From: Vicugna vicugna
Taxonomy: Eukaryota
Reading direction: 5' to 3'
NCBI GenBank assembly: GCA_013265495.1
Contig: MU057744.1
Span: 372,001-436,000 of the forward strand
Length of the DNA stretch: 64,000 bases
In this document: piece by piece, positions 1 through 12,518 of the stretch
Layout of the letters: every line of letters begins with the position of its first letter
Numbering within the stretch: position 1 is the first letter of the stretch
Position numbers and translations under genes: made by a program
The notes under the pieces: generated by a model
Seen by the model: only the letters and a program-made list of their open reading frames with translations
Databases searched by the model: none
What the model was told of the DNA's origin: nothing

Positions 1-133
1 ATCGCGGAATCATCAGAAAGTGGCAGAGTCCACGCCCCATGTGGGACTTCCTGGTTTCTAAGCACTGCACATGGGACGAAAGCCTGGGGTGTAGGAAGAA
101 ACTTGCCAAGCCAGTCCGGGTGATAGCCCATAG

Positions 134-250
<117 letters not shown>

Positions 251-332
251 TGACATGATTAAGTAACCTCGCCCTGCCCCGTGCTTGAGCTTGCTTCCCG
301 TCCACTGTGTGACCGAGTCCTCCTTTTTCTAG

Positions 333-397
333 GGTGCAAGACGTCCATGTTCCCGTCCTTGCAGTACCTCGTTCTAAATGACAATCAGATATCACAC
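333..397 (+). CDS. TBCE: TBCE coding exon (exon 11 equivalent)
   Basis: tttttctag| ... CAC|gtaagg; (G)CKTSMFPSLQYLVLNDNQISH; 65 bp; phase consistent with the previous exon across an 87-bp intron. Confidence 0.95.
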
Positions 398-713
398 GTA
401 AGGGCTCCTTCAGAATGGCCAGACCTGGTTGTCCACTCTCATGGGGGTTTGTAAGCTCCTTCTATTCAAGAGTATTTTAAATTGAAAGAGGGATGCTTCC
501 TCAGGGTGAAACTCCTCATACCAACCCCAGAATCCTCGCTCGCACGTACGCAGCCCGTCGGTGGCTTTCACGGCCCCGGGGGCGCTAGCTGCAGGGGACG
601 TCCCGGGCTCCGGGGCAGCGGGGGCCTGGGCGTTGCTGTCGCTGGTCCAGATCATCTGGAAAACCAGCCTGAAACGTGTTTCTTTCCGTGTGTCCTCCGT
701 GGCCGGGTGGCAG

Positions 714-866
714 TGGTCGGTTATCAGTGAGCTGGACAAGTTGCCGAGCCTGCACGCCCTGTCGTGCGCCAGGAACCCCCTGACCGAGGGCGGCAGAGAC
801 GCGCAGACCACCCGCCAGCTCATCATCGCCAGGGTCGGTCAGCTCCGAACCCTCAACAAGTGCGCG
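714..866 (+). CDS. TBCE: TBCE coding exon (exon 12 equivalent)
   Basis: ggcag|TGG ... GCG|gtgagc; [51 protein letters not shown]; 153 bp. Confidence 0.95.
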
Positions 867-928
867 GTGAGCGGGACGGGCGGGCCCGCGGGAGGCGGGG
901 GCGGGGGCGGGCTGCGTGGGGCCCAGGG

Positions 929-1077
929 AGTCCCAGGGCTGGCCTGTCCTCGTGGCCGTGGCTCCTCGTGGCCCCTCGAGGGGCTGCCCCGCTCCGTCGG
1001 ACAAGTCCCAGGGCTGGCCTGTCCTCTTGGCCCTGGCTCCTCGTGGCCCCTCGAGGGGCTGCCCCGCTCCGTCGGAC
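929..1077 (+). repeat. 75-bp tandem duplication (2 copies)
   Basis: agtcccagggctggcctgtcctc...gctccgtcggac starts at 929 and again at 1004; 2 mismatches. Confidence 0.95.
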
Positions 1078-1325
1078 TGCGGGGCGCAGCGTCCCCGTGG
1101 CCTGCTGTGCGAGGCCGGGGACGGGCGCTGGTGCCTCCTCGGTGGCCGGCCTCGCGAGTCCTGCGCCCGCGGCGGGGGCCCGTGTGAAGGCGGCGCGCCC
1201 CGAAACCCGTCTTCTCTGAGTAACTGCTGGGTCCTGTCACTGTTAGCAAGGACGTCGCCGTGTGGCTCCCCTCCGCGGGGGCGGGGCGGGGGTGGGGCAG
1301 CGTCACACCGCGCTTCCCCGCGCAG

Positions 1326-1479
1326 GTTGAGCCCGAGGAGAGGCGCGGCGCGGAGCTCGACTACCGGAAGGCGTTCGGGGCCGAGTGGAAGGCGGCCGGC
1401 GGCCACCAGGACCCGGGCCGGGACCGGCCGAGCGCGGACTTCCTGGCCGCTCACCCCCGGTACCAGCTCCTCTGCCGCA
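1326..1479 (+). CDS. TBCE: TBCE coding exon (exon 13 equivalent)
   Basis: cgcag|GTT ... CGCA|gtgagt; [51 protein letters not shown]; 154 bp. Confidence 0.95.
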
Positions 1480-2671
1480 GTGAGTCCTCGTCACCGTCGC
1501 CAGGGCCCTGGCCGCGCGGCTTCCTCGGGCGCCCCAGCGGGTCCCCGCGTTGTCGCTTCTCGGGGAGGGGGGCTTCTCGCTCGTCTCGGTGGGCGAGACG
1601 CCCCTTCCTGGGCTCCGCAGCGGGGACCCGGGGGTGGGCGGGGACTTAATGAGGCAGCGGCCTCCCCCGCGGGGGAGCTGGGAGCCCCGGGGCGCCTGGC
1701 AGGGAGAGCCTGGCCCCCGGGGGGGGGGGAGGCGGCTCTGAGCAGGCCCGCCGGGTCCCAGGAGGTGGGGACCGCCGGTCAGGAGGGGCAGGGGTTCCCC
1801 GGCGACCCCCACCCCGGGAGGTTTGGACGTGAGCAGCACTGAAGGTGGAACCGAGGCTCCGGTGTTGCTTTGTGCCCCCCAGGTAACTTTACTGTTCCTG
1901 AAAGTCAAGCGCTGTCCTGGCGCCCCGTGTGCCCAGTGCCCGCGCCTCCTCTCTGTCCCTGGTGGACTCGCCATTTTGTTTTGACTTCATTATATTCCGA
2001 ATTTCCCTTGTATGTGCTTTTCTTTTTTATTTATCTCCTGATGTGAGAGGCTCCCATGTAAACGCGTCTGGCTGGAGCGTTATCTTTGAAGAAGAAAAGC
2101 TGCCTGTGGGAAGCGCTTTGCAGTGGGGCCCTGAGGCTCCTGGTCTCTGTCACTGCGGGTGACTTCTGTCACTGCTGGTGGGGAAGGGGGCTCCTAAGTA
2201 AAGCAGCCCGGCAGGCAGGGCCCAGGGTCTCCCTGCTCAGGACAGAGCAGATGCGGCGCATTTACACCCAAGTCACCCCGGGCCCAGCCCCGGCTGGAGC
2301 AGAAGGCATGGCCTTCCTGCGCGGATGGCTGCACCCGGGGAAGGTGTCCCGTGACCCGGGGAGAGAGGGAGCCGTTACCAAAGGTGAAACTGAGAATCGC
2401 GGTTTGAAGTATTTGGAGGTGCAGTGCAGCTGGTGGGCGCTGTCTCTGGACGGGGGACACAGGTGCCGAGGAGGACTCTAGGAGGCGGCTGCCGTCCATC
2501 CCTCCAAAAATAAACGAAGTAACTGAGTGACAGGGAGCGAGCAGGCCCCAGGTTAGCGTCCCCGCTGCCGCTGCTCCATCTGGGAAAGGAGAGGGCCGTG
2601 CTGACACTTACCTGCGTGCTTCTCTCTGCAGTGGGCTTTGGGTTTATTTCCTCCTTTTGTCTCTACCACAG

Positions 2672-2740
2672 AATACGGTGCACCTGAGGATGGGGAGCTC
2701 AAAACGCAACAGCCATTTCGGCTCAAAAACCAGCTACTAA
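2672..2740 (+). CDS. TBCE: TBCE coding exon (exon 14 equivalent)
   Basis: Pyrimidine tract + cacag| ... CTAA|gtaaga; (K)YGAPEDGELKTQQPFRLKNQLL; 69 bp. Confidence 0.95.
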   Translation, partial: NTVHLRMGSSKRNSHFGSKTSY

Positions 2741-3254
2741 GTAAGAACCTCACATTCACAGCCCATTAGCACCGAGTCCCCAGGGGCTGAGCCACAGGGA
2801 TGACCCAGGGGTGGCTTGTTTCTCTTCAGGACGCCCTGAAAAGAGTACTTCAGTATTTACACAAATGATGGATTCTCAGATACGTTAAGTTCTTAGGTTC
2901 AACATTTTAGCAAGATTCCATGCTTGTAGCTCACTGGCTAGTGTGATAAACGCGGGAACTAGCCAAGTAGGGAACTGAGCTGTGATTTGGAAATGTGTGA
3001 GTGTTCTTGCGCTTGAAAACCTGGATGAATTGTCCGGAAGGCAGTAGTAAAGGGAGAAGGGGAGGCGGCAGAACGTCGGTCCAGCCACGCTGGTGCTGGT
3101 GCTGGTGCCTCAGCGAAGCCCTAAGAGAAGGCACGTTCAGCGCCAGGCCTCCTGCCCTTCCTGGGCGCCGAACCCGGCTGCCCCAGAGCAGCGTCCCTGC
3201 GTGTAACTTAATCCTTACAGTACAGGGCTCACTCTCTTCCTTTTTTCTTTCAAG

Positions 3255-3314
3255 CCCTGAAGATAAAATGTCCTAATGAACTTGATCAGGAAGTCGTAGA
3301 GAAGCCCCTGCCAG
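3255..3314 (+). CDS. TBCE: TBCE coding exon (exon 15 equivalent), start of ubiquitin-like domain
   Basis: ttttctttcaag| ... CCAG|gtaagg; (T)LKIKCPNELDQEVVEKPLP; 60 bp. Confidence 0.93.
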
Positions 3315-5183
3315 GTAAGGAGGAGTCTGCCACCCCTGTGTGCTTCGGAACCGCGCGCGCGTTGCCGGGAGGGAAACTGCGTCGCGTGTGAATGTGGACT
3401 TAGGCAGCTTATGGCTTTTCGCTAGTCTCTGACGTCCTAAAATGCAGTCGATCGTGCGAACGCCACTCCCCCTGAAAGCTCAGGTTGCCTGTAAGTTTTC
3501 AGCTTGTCTGGGAAGCAGCCCTGTTAGGATTGCGTGGCCCGCTGCGTGCGCCCAGCCCTGGGTTCCAGGCCTCTCTGCGCCCCCGGCTGTCTAGTTCCCC
3601 CATTGTTGCTCTGGGGGTTTCTCAGCCAGGGAGATGGGCGTCCTGGGCTCGCAGTCTGTCTGGCTCTCCCTTCGTGAAACAGGGCGCTGCGTTGTGAGGG
3701 GGCAGGCGTTTAGGCTCAGCGGCATGACGCCTGCTCCTCACCAGCCAGGGGCCCTGCACAGACAGCTCCTGGGCACTGACTCCTCATGGAAGCACTGAGC
3801 TGGTTTTCCTGGAAAAAACTTCAGAACTTTAAATCTTGATGCTACTCGAACTGAATTCATTTTATTTGGAAAATAAGTACTTTTATGTCAACAAATTAGA
3901 TCAACATAACTTACCCTAAATTTGCACTGAAAAGAAAAATTACAGTCTGAATCTTTAGTACACCGTGAATCTCAAAATTAAACTTGATTCACAGTTAAAT
4001 ACAAAAATATAAACAGCTGAAATTTAGCATAGCAAGGATTTGAAGAAATAAGATACCTATCACACCGTAAATGACAGGTGAAACACCTTTCTGTTTGCCT
4101 GTCCGTGCCGTGAACGCACACGGATTTTTAAATTCATTTTATCATGTAACACAAGCTCATCACAGTCCTGCCTGTGGAAGGCTTGGGTTGTGCCCATGAT
4201 TGACAACATCGTTCAGTACCAGTTACCAGCTTTACTCCGTTTTACTTACTAGTAATCCAGTTGCTATTCCTCTGATGTGGAATTTGCTGCTGTTGCACAA
4301 TGACAAATTAAAATTAGCGGTTCCCCTTTCCTTACTTTGTTTCAAACTTGACTGTCAGGAAAGGCAGCCCTGAGGCTGGGCAGGTGAGAGGGACCAGAGC
4401 TTCCTGTGTGGGTGGCTGGCTGTGGACGTCTCTGCACCTGTCCTCCCCTCCAGACGCTGCTGGGGAAGGTTCTCATTAGATCTGTCAGGCTTTCCTTTCC
4501 GGGGCCACTCTGGGAAGGCCCTGAACCCCCGGGCAGGGACTGTGGCCGGTGGTGAGGGGTCATGGCCCTGGCTGACGGTGACCGTGACCGTGGGCGCCCC
4601 TCCCCGCCTGCCCCGTGTCAGTCGCCTGCGGGTGTGCCTGAGCCTGTCACCTCCGGGTCGAACTGGCAGGTTAGCGTTCCCAGAGGACATCCATGTAACA
4701 GCTGCGCTTCACCTTCAGAGCCCGAGTCCTGTGTTCTGCAGATGTTCTTACCGTCATTCTGAGGGCATGTGCTGTAAATACCAAACCACGAACATAACTA
4801 ACCTTTACAAAGTGATAAATGTAAAAATCCTGCAACATCTTTTTTTTGCTCATCAGATTAGCAAAAACAAGACAGTCATGTGAGGCTGGCATGAAATCCA
4901 GTATTCCCTTTCTGTAAAGTCAGGTGGGAACTGGTATAAACAGTCTGAAACACATACGCATTGTGACCAAAATACCTTGCGGCATTGTAGTGAAAAAATA
5001 AACACAATCTAAATATTTACCTGTGGGAGGATGGCTGTGTCAGTTCTGGGAGAGCCAATCCTCGTCCCAGGATGAGAGCTGGTCCCCAACAGCTTCTGAA
5101 AGGGCAGGGCTGCCTGTCACGTGTTCACACAGCAGAGCAAGTGAGGTTAACTGCCATGACATGTATCTCTAAGTGTCGTCACT

Positions 5184-5238
5184 CAACATACACACACAAA
5201 CAGGCCAGTTTTATTCTAAAATAAAGGTAACATTTATT
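5184..5238 (-). terminator. B3GALNT2: Candidate distal B3GALNT2 poly(A) site inside TBCE intron 15
   Basis: Minus-strand AATAAA at 5233-5238 and 5210-5215, followed on the minus strand by a GU-rich element (TGTTTGTGTGTGTATGTTG, 5184-5202). Confidence 0.55.
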
Positions 5239-5884
5239 ATCACAAGTTGCATAAAAACAGGTTTTAGAAAAATTTTTGATAGAAAAATACTTGAACACGT
5301 GACATTTGTAGGAACACCGCACTACTGCTGTACCTCCAGCTAAAGCTTCAAACTACATTTTTCTTAATCAAAATATCCAGTATTTACGACTACCATCTTT
5401 GGAAAGAAGTTCATAGCGTTTTCTGAACAAACCAAAGCACCACTCGTTAGGTGCCGCTCCACGTGCAGAGTGCGCTCACACTGCGATGGTGACAGACGGT
5501 GGTGCCGGAGGGGCGTGTGGGTCATCAGTCCGCCCTTCACTGCAGAGAGGAGACGAGGGCCAGAGACTGAGACGTCCTCTCGGTAACTCACAGGTCAGAA
5601 GTCACGGAGACTCAATGACTTCGCTCACATCACCCCTCTGCGCTGCGAAGGGGATCTCTGGTTTATCCAGACTGAGGAACCAGTAACCACCACTGAGAGG
5701 GTGTGAAAATGCAGTGTCCAAGAGCACTTAGGTCAGACGTCAGCTCCACCTCCCACCGAGTGGTGTGACACCAAGATCTGTGAAACGAACTGACAGCTGC
5801 GGTGACAACTGCAGGCTTGTCACGTGAGCCGGATTGACAGGGAGCTGTCACTTGAGAGAACTGATGGGCTCCTTTCCTTGACAG

Positions 5885-5976
5885 AATCCATGACCATCCA
5901 GAAGGTGAAAGGCTTCCTGTCGCGTCTCCTCAAGGTCCCCGTGGCGCAGCTGCTCCTGTCCTACGAAAGTCCCAAA
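5885..5976 (+). CDS. TBCE: TBCE coding exon (exon 16 equivalent), ubiquitin-like domain
   Basis: ttgacag| ... AAA|gtaagt; (E)[30 protein letters not shown]; 92 bp. Confidence 0.96.
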
Positions 5977-6148
5977 GTAAGTCGCCCAGCAGAACATGCA
6001 GTCAGCGAGTCCCCGGCGTGCCGTGCTGTTGAGCGCCACCTCTGCCCACGCGCTCTAAGTGGAACCACACGTCTGTGCTCAGAGGGGAGGGCACGGAACA
6101 GGCTGGGTCACATCTGTCTTAATCACCCCCTGTCTGTTCTAATTTTAG

Positions 6149-6241
<93 letters not shown>

Positions 6242-6410
6242 CAGCCAGCTGATAAACCTCAGAGGTTAGCCCGCTCGTGGTGGCTGGGTTCCTGGGAGAC
6301 GAACGGCTTACGGGCTGTGCTGTCAGAGGCTTTACGGCGTGCCCTGAATAGAGAACAGCTCGTGTCTGTAGAGGGAAAAGACCATTTCTAGGCTTGTACG
6401 TAGCAGCAGT

Positions 6411-6416
6411 AATAAA
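6411..6416 (+). terminator. TBCE: Probable TBCE polyadenylation signal
   Basis: AATAAA ~170 nt after the stop codon, followed by a T/GT-rich tract (ggttttctgactttgtttc). Confidence 0.75.
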
Positions 6417-7475
6417 GCCTCTGCCCCCGCTATGGTTTTCTGACTTTGTTTCATATTTATTTTATTGTTCATGACTTTCATGATGTGAAGATTTAAATAC
6501 TAAATAGAACCTCTCTAATGTCTGTCCTAAGAGCAGTTTTAATGGAATCCTCTGTTGACGGGACAGGTGCAAAGGTCGCGCGGTGACTGGGCGGCGGTCT
6601 GGGCAACATCCCTTCAGCGCCAGGAGGCGCAGCCCCCGAGCTGCGGGAGCGCTGGGCCTCCCTCGGCGCCGCCCTTCCCAGCGCCGACAGGCCGCACGTC
6701 CTGCTTCTCCCCAGGTGCACCTAAGCTGGTTCTGCAGAATGTGCCCAGCCCTGACGGGCCGTCACTGAGAACAGGCAAACAGCAGGCAACGCCGGAAGGA
6801 AGCAAAACGAATTCTTTCAGCTGAGAAACAGCCTTTCCCGTGGCACTAAAACCCCGCGAGTGCTGGATTTTACTTACGACACGTCAGCATTTGCTTCGCT
6901 GGGAGCAGTAACTGTGATCTTGGGGAAACTTGGGTGCTATTCGTCCCCTTCATAAATGAACTTTAAAACTTCACCAGGCCCAGAACTGAGAGTCACACTG
7001 GCTCCTTCTCAAGCTGCCCTCGTCATTCAGAGCCACAAAATCTGCCATGACTTCCAGAAACCCCAAACTTCGGTGTAAGTGACACAGATCACAGAGCATT
7101 TCTGTGAGTTCTTTTTGGGCCTTAATTATTCTAATTACACTCTACAGAGCTAGTCTGCAATCCAGGTGGAAAGTCAAACTTCAGGTTACTAAAGATTTCT
7201 GAATCAAGCCGAGTTTTAACCAAAAACGACAGGTAATAAATTACTAACTAGAAATGATACACTGGGGTTTAGAAATATTATCTTTTTATAAACAGTTGGG
7301 TATTTTTTCAAAGCGTCTTCCAATATATAAGTAACATTTTTCTTATGCTACAGTATTCGTTTATTTTTAAAAAGGAACTTTTGTGCAAATGTTAGGAAGT
7401 ACCACGCTGGTTCCAGCAAAGTGCCAGCAGAACCGTCCTGAAAGACCAAACCTCAGCTGGAGAGCGCGGGCGCCG

Positions 7476-7610
7476 TCACCTGGCCGCGCACTGGCAGGGG
7501 TCCCCGCCCGACTCCTTCAGCTCCCACAGCGCGGCCAGCTCCCGCGGGGAGTACTGCGGGGACGACAGCATCCCCGGCTCGCACGTCTTCTCGCACAGCC
7601 ACAGGCCGTC
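7476..7610 (-). CDS. B3GALNT2: B3GALNT2 exon 12, coding part with stop codon
   Basis: tctcaccag|[47 protein letters not shown]; the 12 exons sum to 1503 nt (500 aa + stop). Confidence 0.96.
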   Translation of the reverse strand, partial: DGLWLCEKTCEPGMLSSPQYSPRELAALWELKESGGDPCQCAAR

Positions 7611-9117
7611 CTGGTGAGAAACAGCAGGCTGACCTGGGTGCTGCAGGGCCTCGCTGCGGACAGACAGCGCATCCCAGCCGCCCCATGGCCCAGGGGAGAC
7701 GGGGTCACTGCAGAGACGGCCTGGGGCGCGGTAGGAGATCACCCAGGGAGTCCAGTGAAGAGGACGCTCAGAAACCACAAATGGAGTCTCACGTTCGCTG
7801 CTGAAGGCGGCCAAGCCGCGGTGCAAGAGCAGCTGGTTGGAGGGAGTGCTCACGGTGCTGCCCCGGGAGCCCCGTGAGCTGGGGAGTTTCCTTTTCACAA
7901 GTGAGAAACTGAACTAAGACGACACTTGCTCAGGGTCACAGTGACTTTAAGCTGGTAAACTGAGCCAAGGAGGGACCATACCAGGCTGCTGGACGCCTGG
8001 GCCTGTGTGCTCCCTACCAGCCGACCTCCCCTACAGGATGGCAGCGCACGGATCCATCGAGAACACAAAAATGGGGGCTGTCGTAAAACAGGCCCTTCTA
8101 AAGTGTGGCTGACCTGGGTGGGGGGGAGGAGAGGGACTGGAGAGGGTGCGGCCTTGGGGTCGGCTGTGCCCTGAAGATGCCGTGGTGCTGAGGCCATGCT
8201 GGGGACCTGACCAGCGCCGCCTCCTGGGAGCTATGCCCCTTGCGGCCGAGCCACTCCACGAGGACTAAAAACAAAGCTGCGCAGAGGCTGGTCTGTGTCT
8301 CAGCCCTGACCCCAGCTGGGTGGGTGTCAGGCACACGGGGGCCTGCGGTGGGAGGCGCGTCCTGCAGCCCTGGGAGTACCAAACAGAAATGCAAAGACTG
8401 TGATGCCCTTAGGAGCGCGGCACCCAAAGTGGCGGTCCTCTGTGGCCTGCACCCCGAGTACAGAGCGCAGCTTCCAGGAACAGGAGGTGACAGTATAAAG
8501 TCAACACACCAGGAAATGAGAATGGTGAGCAGCGGTCTGCAGGGACGGCTCTGCACCGACCACAGCCGTCAGAGCCATCGGACCCGGAGTGACGGTGCTC
8601 ATCGGGAAGGGCCAGGGAGGGGCCTGAAGCAGGAGCGCTTGCCCAGGTTCGCTGCTGCTCCCCGCGCGACACTGCAGTCAGAGCTGGAGAATCAGCAGAA
8701 ACCTCTCAGGCGGAGGCCAGCCCTATGCTTGCCACCTTCCCAAGGCGCCACCTCTGGTCTCGGCACGTTCCTCTTTTCTCTGGCTCAGTTACCAGTGTAT
8801 TTTAAAAGACACCTCACAGTATGTTATCCAAGTGTTTTACCTGCATCAGTCGGAAGAGCTGAAGGGCTCCTGGACCCGCTCACTGCTGGAATCTAAAGTC
8901 AGCTGATTCTTTACGTTTTAAAGCTGCAAAGAATTTCTGATGAAATCTAAAAAACCGAATTCTTCTTTATGGGTAGGGGACTTTCCATTCAAAGCATTTC
9001 CTTTAGTTTTAAACTCAGAAAAATGCTACATGAGACCGAGGCGGCTCACTGTGAAGCCAGCCGAGAGCCCAGTTCTGATGCCAGCAGCTCTTTCCTGCCC
9101 GGTTCCCGCCCAGGCTA

Positions 9118-9240
<123 letters not shown>

Positions 9241-9577
9241 CTACACGTGCCCGTCAGGTTTAAGATGTAAGAATGTCAATGTGGTTTCATCTGGAAGGGC
9301 AGTGCCACACCCATCCCATAAGTAACCTTTCTCTTCTGGCTGGTGATTACTCTAAAATGAAATGCCAAGTGTGCGTGAGCACTGACACAGTAAAAGCTAC
9401 TGGGCGTTCACATGCAGTGCGCACACCACAGTGAGCTCAGACCGCGTGTGTCACCAGCCCCTCCCGCGGACCCGAGTCCGCCTCGAGCAGCGGGAGAGGC
9501 TCGGGTCGGAGGACAGGCAGCCACTGCCGACACTGTCAGCAGAATCGGCAGAGAAGGAAGCTTCACCTCCAGCCTCA

Positions 9578-10060
<483 letters not shown>

Positions 10061-10589
10061 TCACTACAGAGGAACGCCCTGCGGGGGGAGGGGAGGGGAG
10101 GGGGAGAGGGTATGTTCTAGGGAACTCTATCTAGTGGTGGTTTACACGCAAGACCAGTAAGTTAAATTCAGAGTCCCCGCTGTCAAGTTTCTGAATCATC
10201 TTGTGTACCGACACTAAAAAAAATTAAAAAATGAATCACCAGTCCATACTGCATTCCTACAGAGACAGAAAACGGCTTCAGAAACGGGTCACAAGTTTAT
10301 TCTCATGCAGAACTTCAGCCCAGCCACTTCTAATCTGAGCAGCACTTACTCGTCGGGCAGGAGGACAAAAGCCACAGTTTCCTCCACACACGTTAGCTGG
10401 AGGTTTTCCATTTAAGAGTGTTTTCCTCCTCTAATTGCAGATGAGTAAAACACAGTAAGCCAGATAGGGACACCTCCTAGCCCGACAACATTTTCTCACG
10501 GAAAACTATGTCTATATTTCATTCTAAGTAAATGACGTTTGGTCAGGGACAGGAGAGGAACGCCAGCAGCCTCACAAAGTCCAACTTAC

Positions 10590-10715
10590 TTTCCCCACCA
10601 AAAGTTAGGCCCGTCCAGATTCTTGAGGGCAATTCTGTTAAAAACGGCTTCTAAGTCTATGTAACAGTCATCATCTGTCTTCAGCAACAAATCGAAATCG
10701 GTTGTTTCCACGGTC
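10590..10715 (-). CDS. B3GALNT2: B3GALNT2 exon 9 (GT31-family DDD metal-binding motif)
   Basis: aacag| ... GAAA|gtaagt; [41 protein letters not shown]; 126 bp. Confidence 0.97.
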
Positions 10716-12334
10716 CTGTTGGCGAAAAGGGGGATGAGAGTCAGTACGTCCCTGCAAGGAGACAAAGGCACGCTGACATGACCAGCTTCTGTTCTTCCAG
10801 GGTCGGGAACGCCTGCGATAACAGGACACTGCTGCGCCCAGCTGCAGGCCTCACTTTGTCTCCACTGAGCAGCCACGCCGGTTTTAGAAGGTATAAAGGG
10901 AAAAAACACTGAAGATCTGGCTTAGTGGAACATAAAATCTTAAGCACATCTGAGAGACATGTGAACTGGGCCCGGTGTTCTCAGGATGAGGGGACAGGTG
11001 TCCCCCGGCTCACACAGAGAGCTGCGGAACGGCAAGATGGGTCTGTGCTGCTGTTCGTGTGACACTCAGTTCATGGTTTTTTACAAAGTTGAGTTAACAC
11101 ACTGAAATGCATTTTCCCCTGGAAACGGTTTCTAGCTATTCAGCTACTACAAATGACCTTCTGGAAGGCACAAGAGGGTGATTCCATTTATCTAGACATA
11201 AAAAAAATATACAGTGGCAACCAGAGACAAAACTGACTCTTTCATTTCCCATCGCCAGTCCCTGTACCTCTTTGTTTCAAAAACCCAGACTCTTGCTAGG
11301 GAACCAGTCAGATGACAGAAATATGAATTAAAGAAATCGGGAGAAAGTTTCACTAAGTCACAAAATGGTGAATTTACAAGTCCACAACAAAAAGCATAAC
11401 CCTATGTTTCTAAAGTTTATTTCAATTAACAGCATAATGCTAATAAGAAACAAACTTTTGTGATAAAGGCAGTGAGGCCACTGATGAGTTGACTGACTCA
11501 AGATGAGTGAATAATGACGGTCTCCTTTATGGTGTGGAGGGCAGATGGGGGTGGGCTGCTGGGAATCGGGTCCCAGGAAACAAGCTCACTGATAATTTAA
11601 AAAAAAGCCAAAGGCAGAGATGTAAACATACTTTATAGGTTTGGTCTGGACAGAGAAGCAGATTTCAGTTCTGCTGTCAGGGTGGACAGCAAATGGTAGG
11701 GCCCTAGAGGAGCTCAGCAACATTAACAACTAAGTATCCAGTGAGTAACAGTTACTGCTACTTATGTCGTTGTTGGCATCATTACAAAGGTAGGAGTTAC
11801 ACCTGCGACCCGAGACGCCTGGGAGGGTCGGGAAGTGACGGTGTGATGGCTCTGAGGGCTGAGGAATTTTATCTTGCATAAGCGTTCCGGGTTAGAGCGG
11901 GCAGAGTAAGTGGGTGGAGGAGAGAGAAGTCGGCTGTGGATACTCAGATGAACAGACTTGGGCCAGGAGCCTGAGAGCCAGTGACTAAATGGGGGACAGG
12001 GGTAGGGGTGACTGGGCGACAGTGGGCTGTTTTCACACTCACTGATTTTCGTCCCATGTGGGCCTGAGACAGCTACGGCCAGCGGGAATGACTCAAAGTG
12101 AATCAATTTCTGCCTCATTTGTTTTTGATAGATTAGTGTCATTCACACTGTGGACCCGCCAACCTGAGCAAGAAAATGGCAGCCTTTTAGATCAGTCCAC
12201 ACGAAGAACCAGGATCCGACAGATCACAGCCCAGGTGGTCAGGGCTCTTAGCTTTGTTTTTTTAAAAAAAAATGTCAGTGGCTTGATGTCGATGAATTCT
12301 TTCTACATCAGAAGAAAAATAAAGCAGCACCCAC

Positions 12335-12518
12335 CATCGATAGAAGTTCAGTAACTTCGCAGGGACGTTCCGGTAAGTGTCGATGACGTCCACGAAGACA
12401 ATGTCACCATGGAGGCGGCTTTCCTCCTTCAGCAAGGCGTCCTCTTCCTGAAGATTACTTATGTGGTCAAGGAGTCTTCGGGGGCGAGAATGAAGGTTTT
12501 TTAAGAGAGCGTCACCTT
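12335..12518 (-). CDS. B3GALNT2: B3GALNT2 exon 8
   Basis: ccttttcag| ... ATG|gtgggt; (E)[60 protein letters not shown](W); 184 bp. Confidence 0.96.

Larger units (their letters stand above)
540..1900. other. Intragenic GC/CpG-rich island over TBCE exons 12-13
   Basis: Dense CpG and G-runs, in contrast to the AT-richer flanks and neighbouring exons. Confidence 0.8.

Noticed and set aside
929..1077. Direct repeats as a CRISPR-like array
   Set aside because: Two abutting copies, no spacers, mammalian intron.
410..1974. Many long overlapping ORFs (up to 308 aa) on both strands
   Set aside because: Stop-codon scarcity in GC-rich DNA; only the segments bounded by splice sites match TBCE.
8240..8896. 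218-aa plus-strand ORF in B3GALNT2 intron 11
   Set aside because: Non-ATG start, GC-rich intron, no recognisable protein features.
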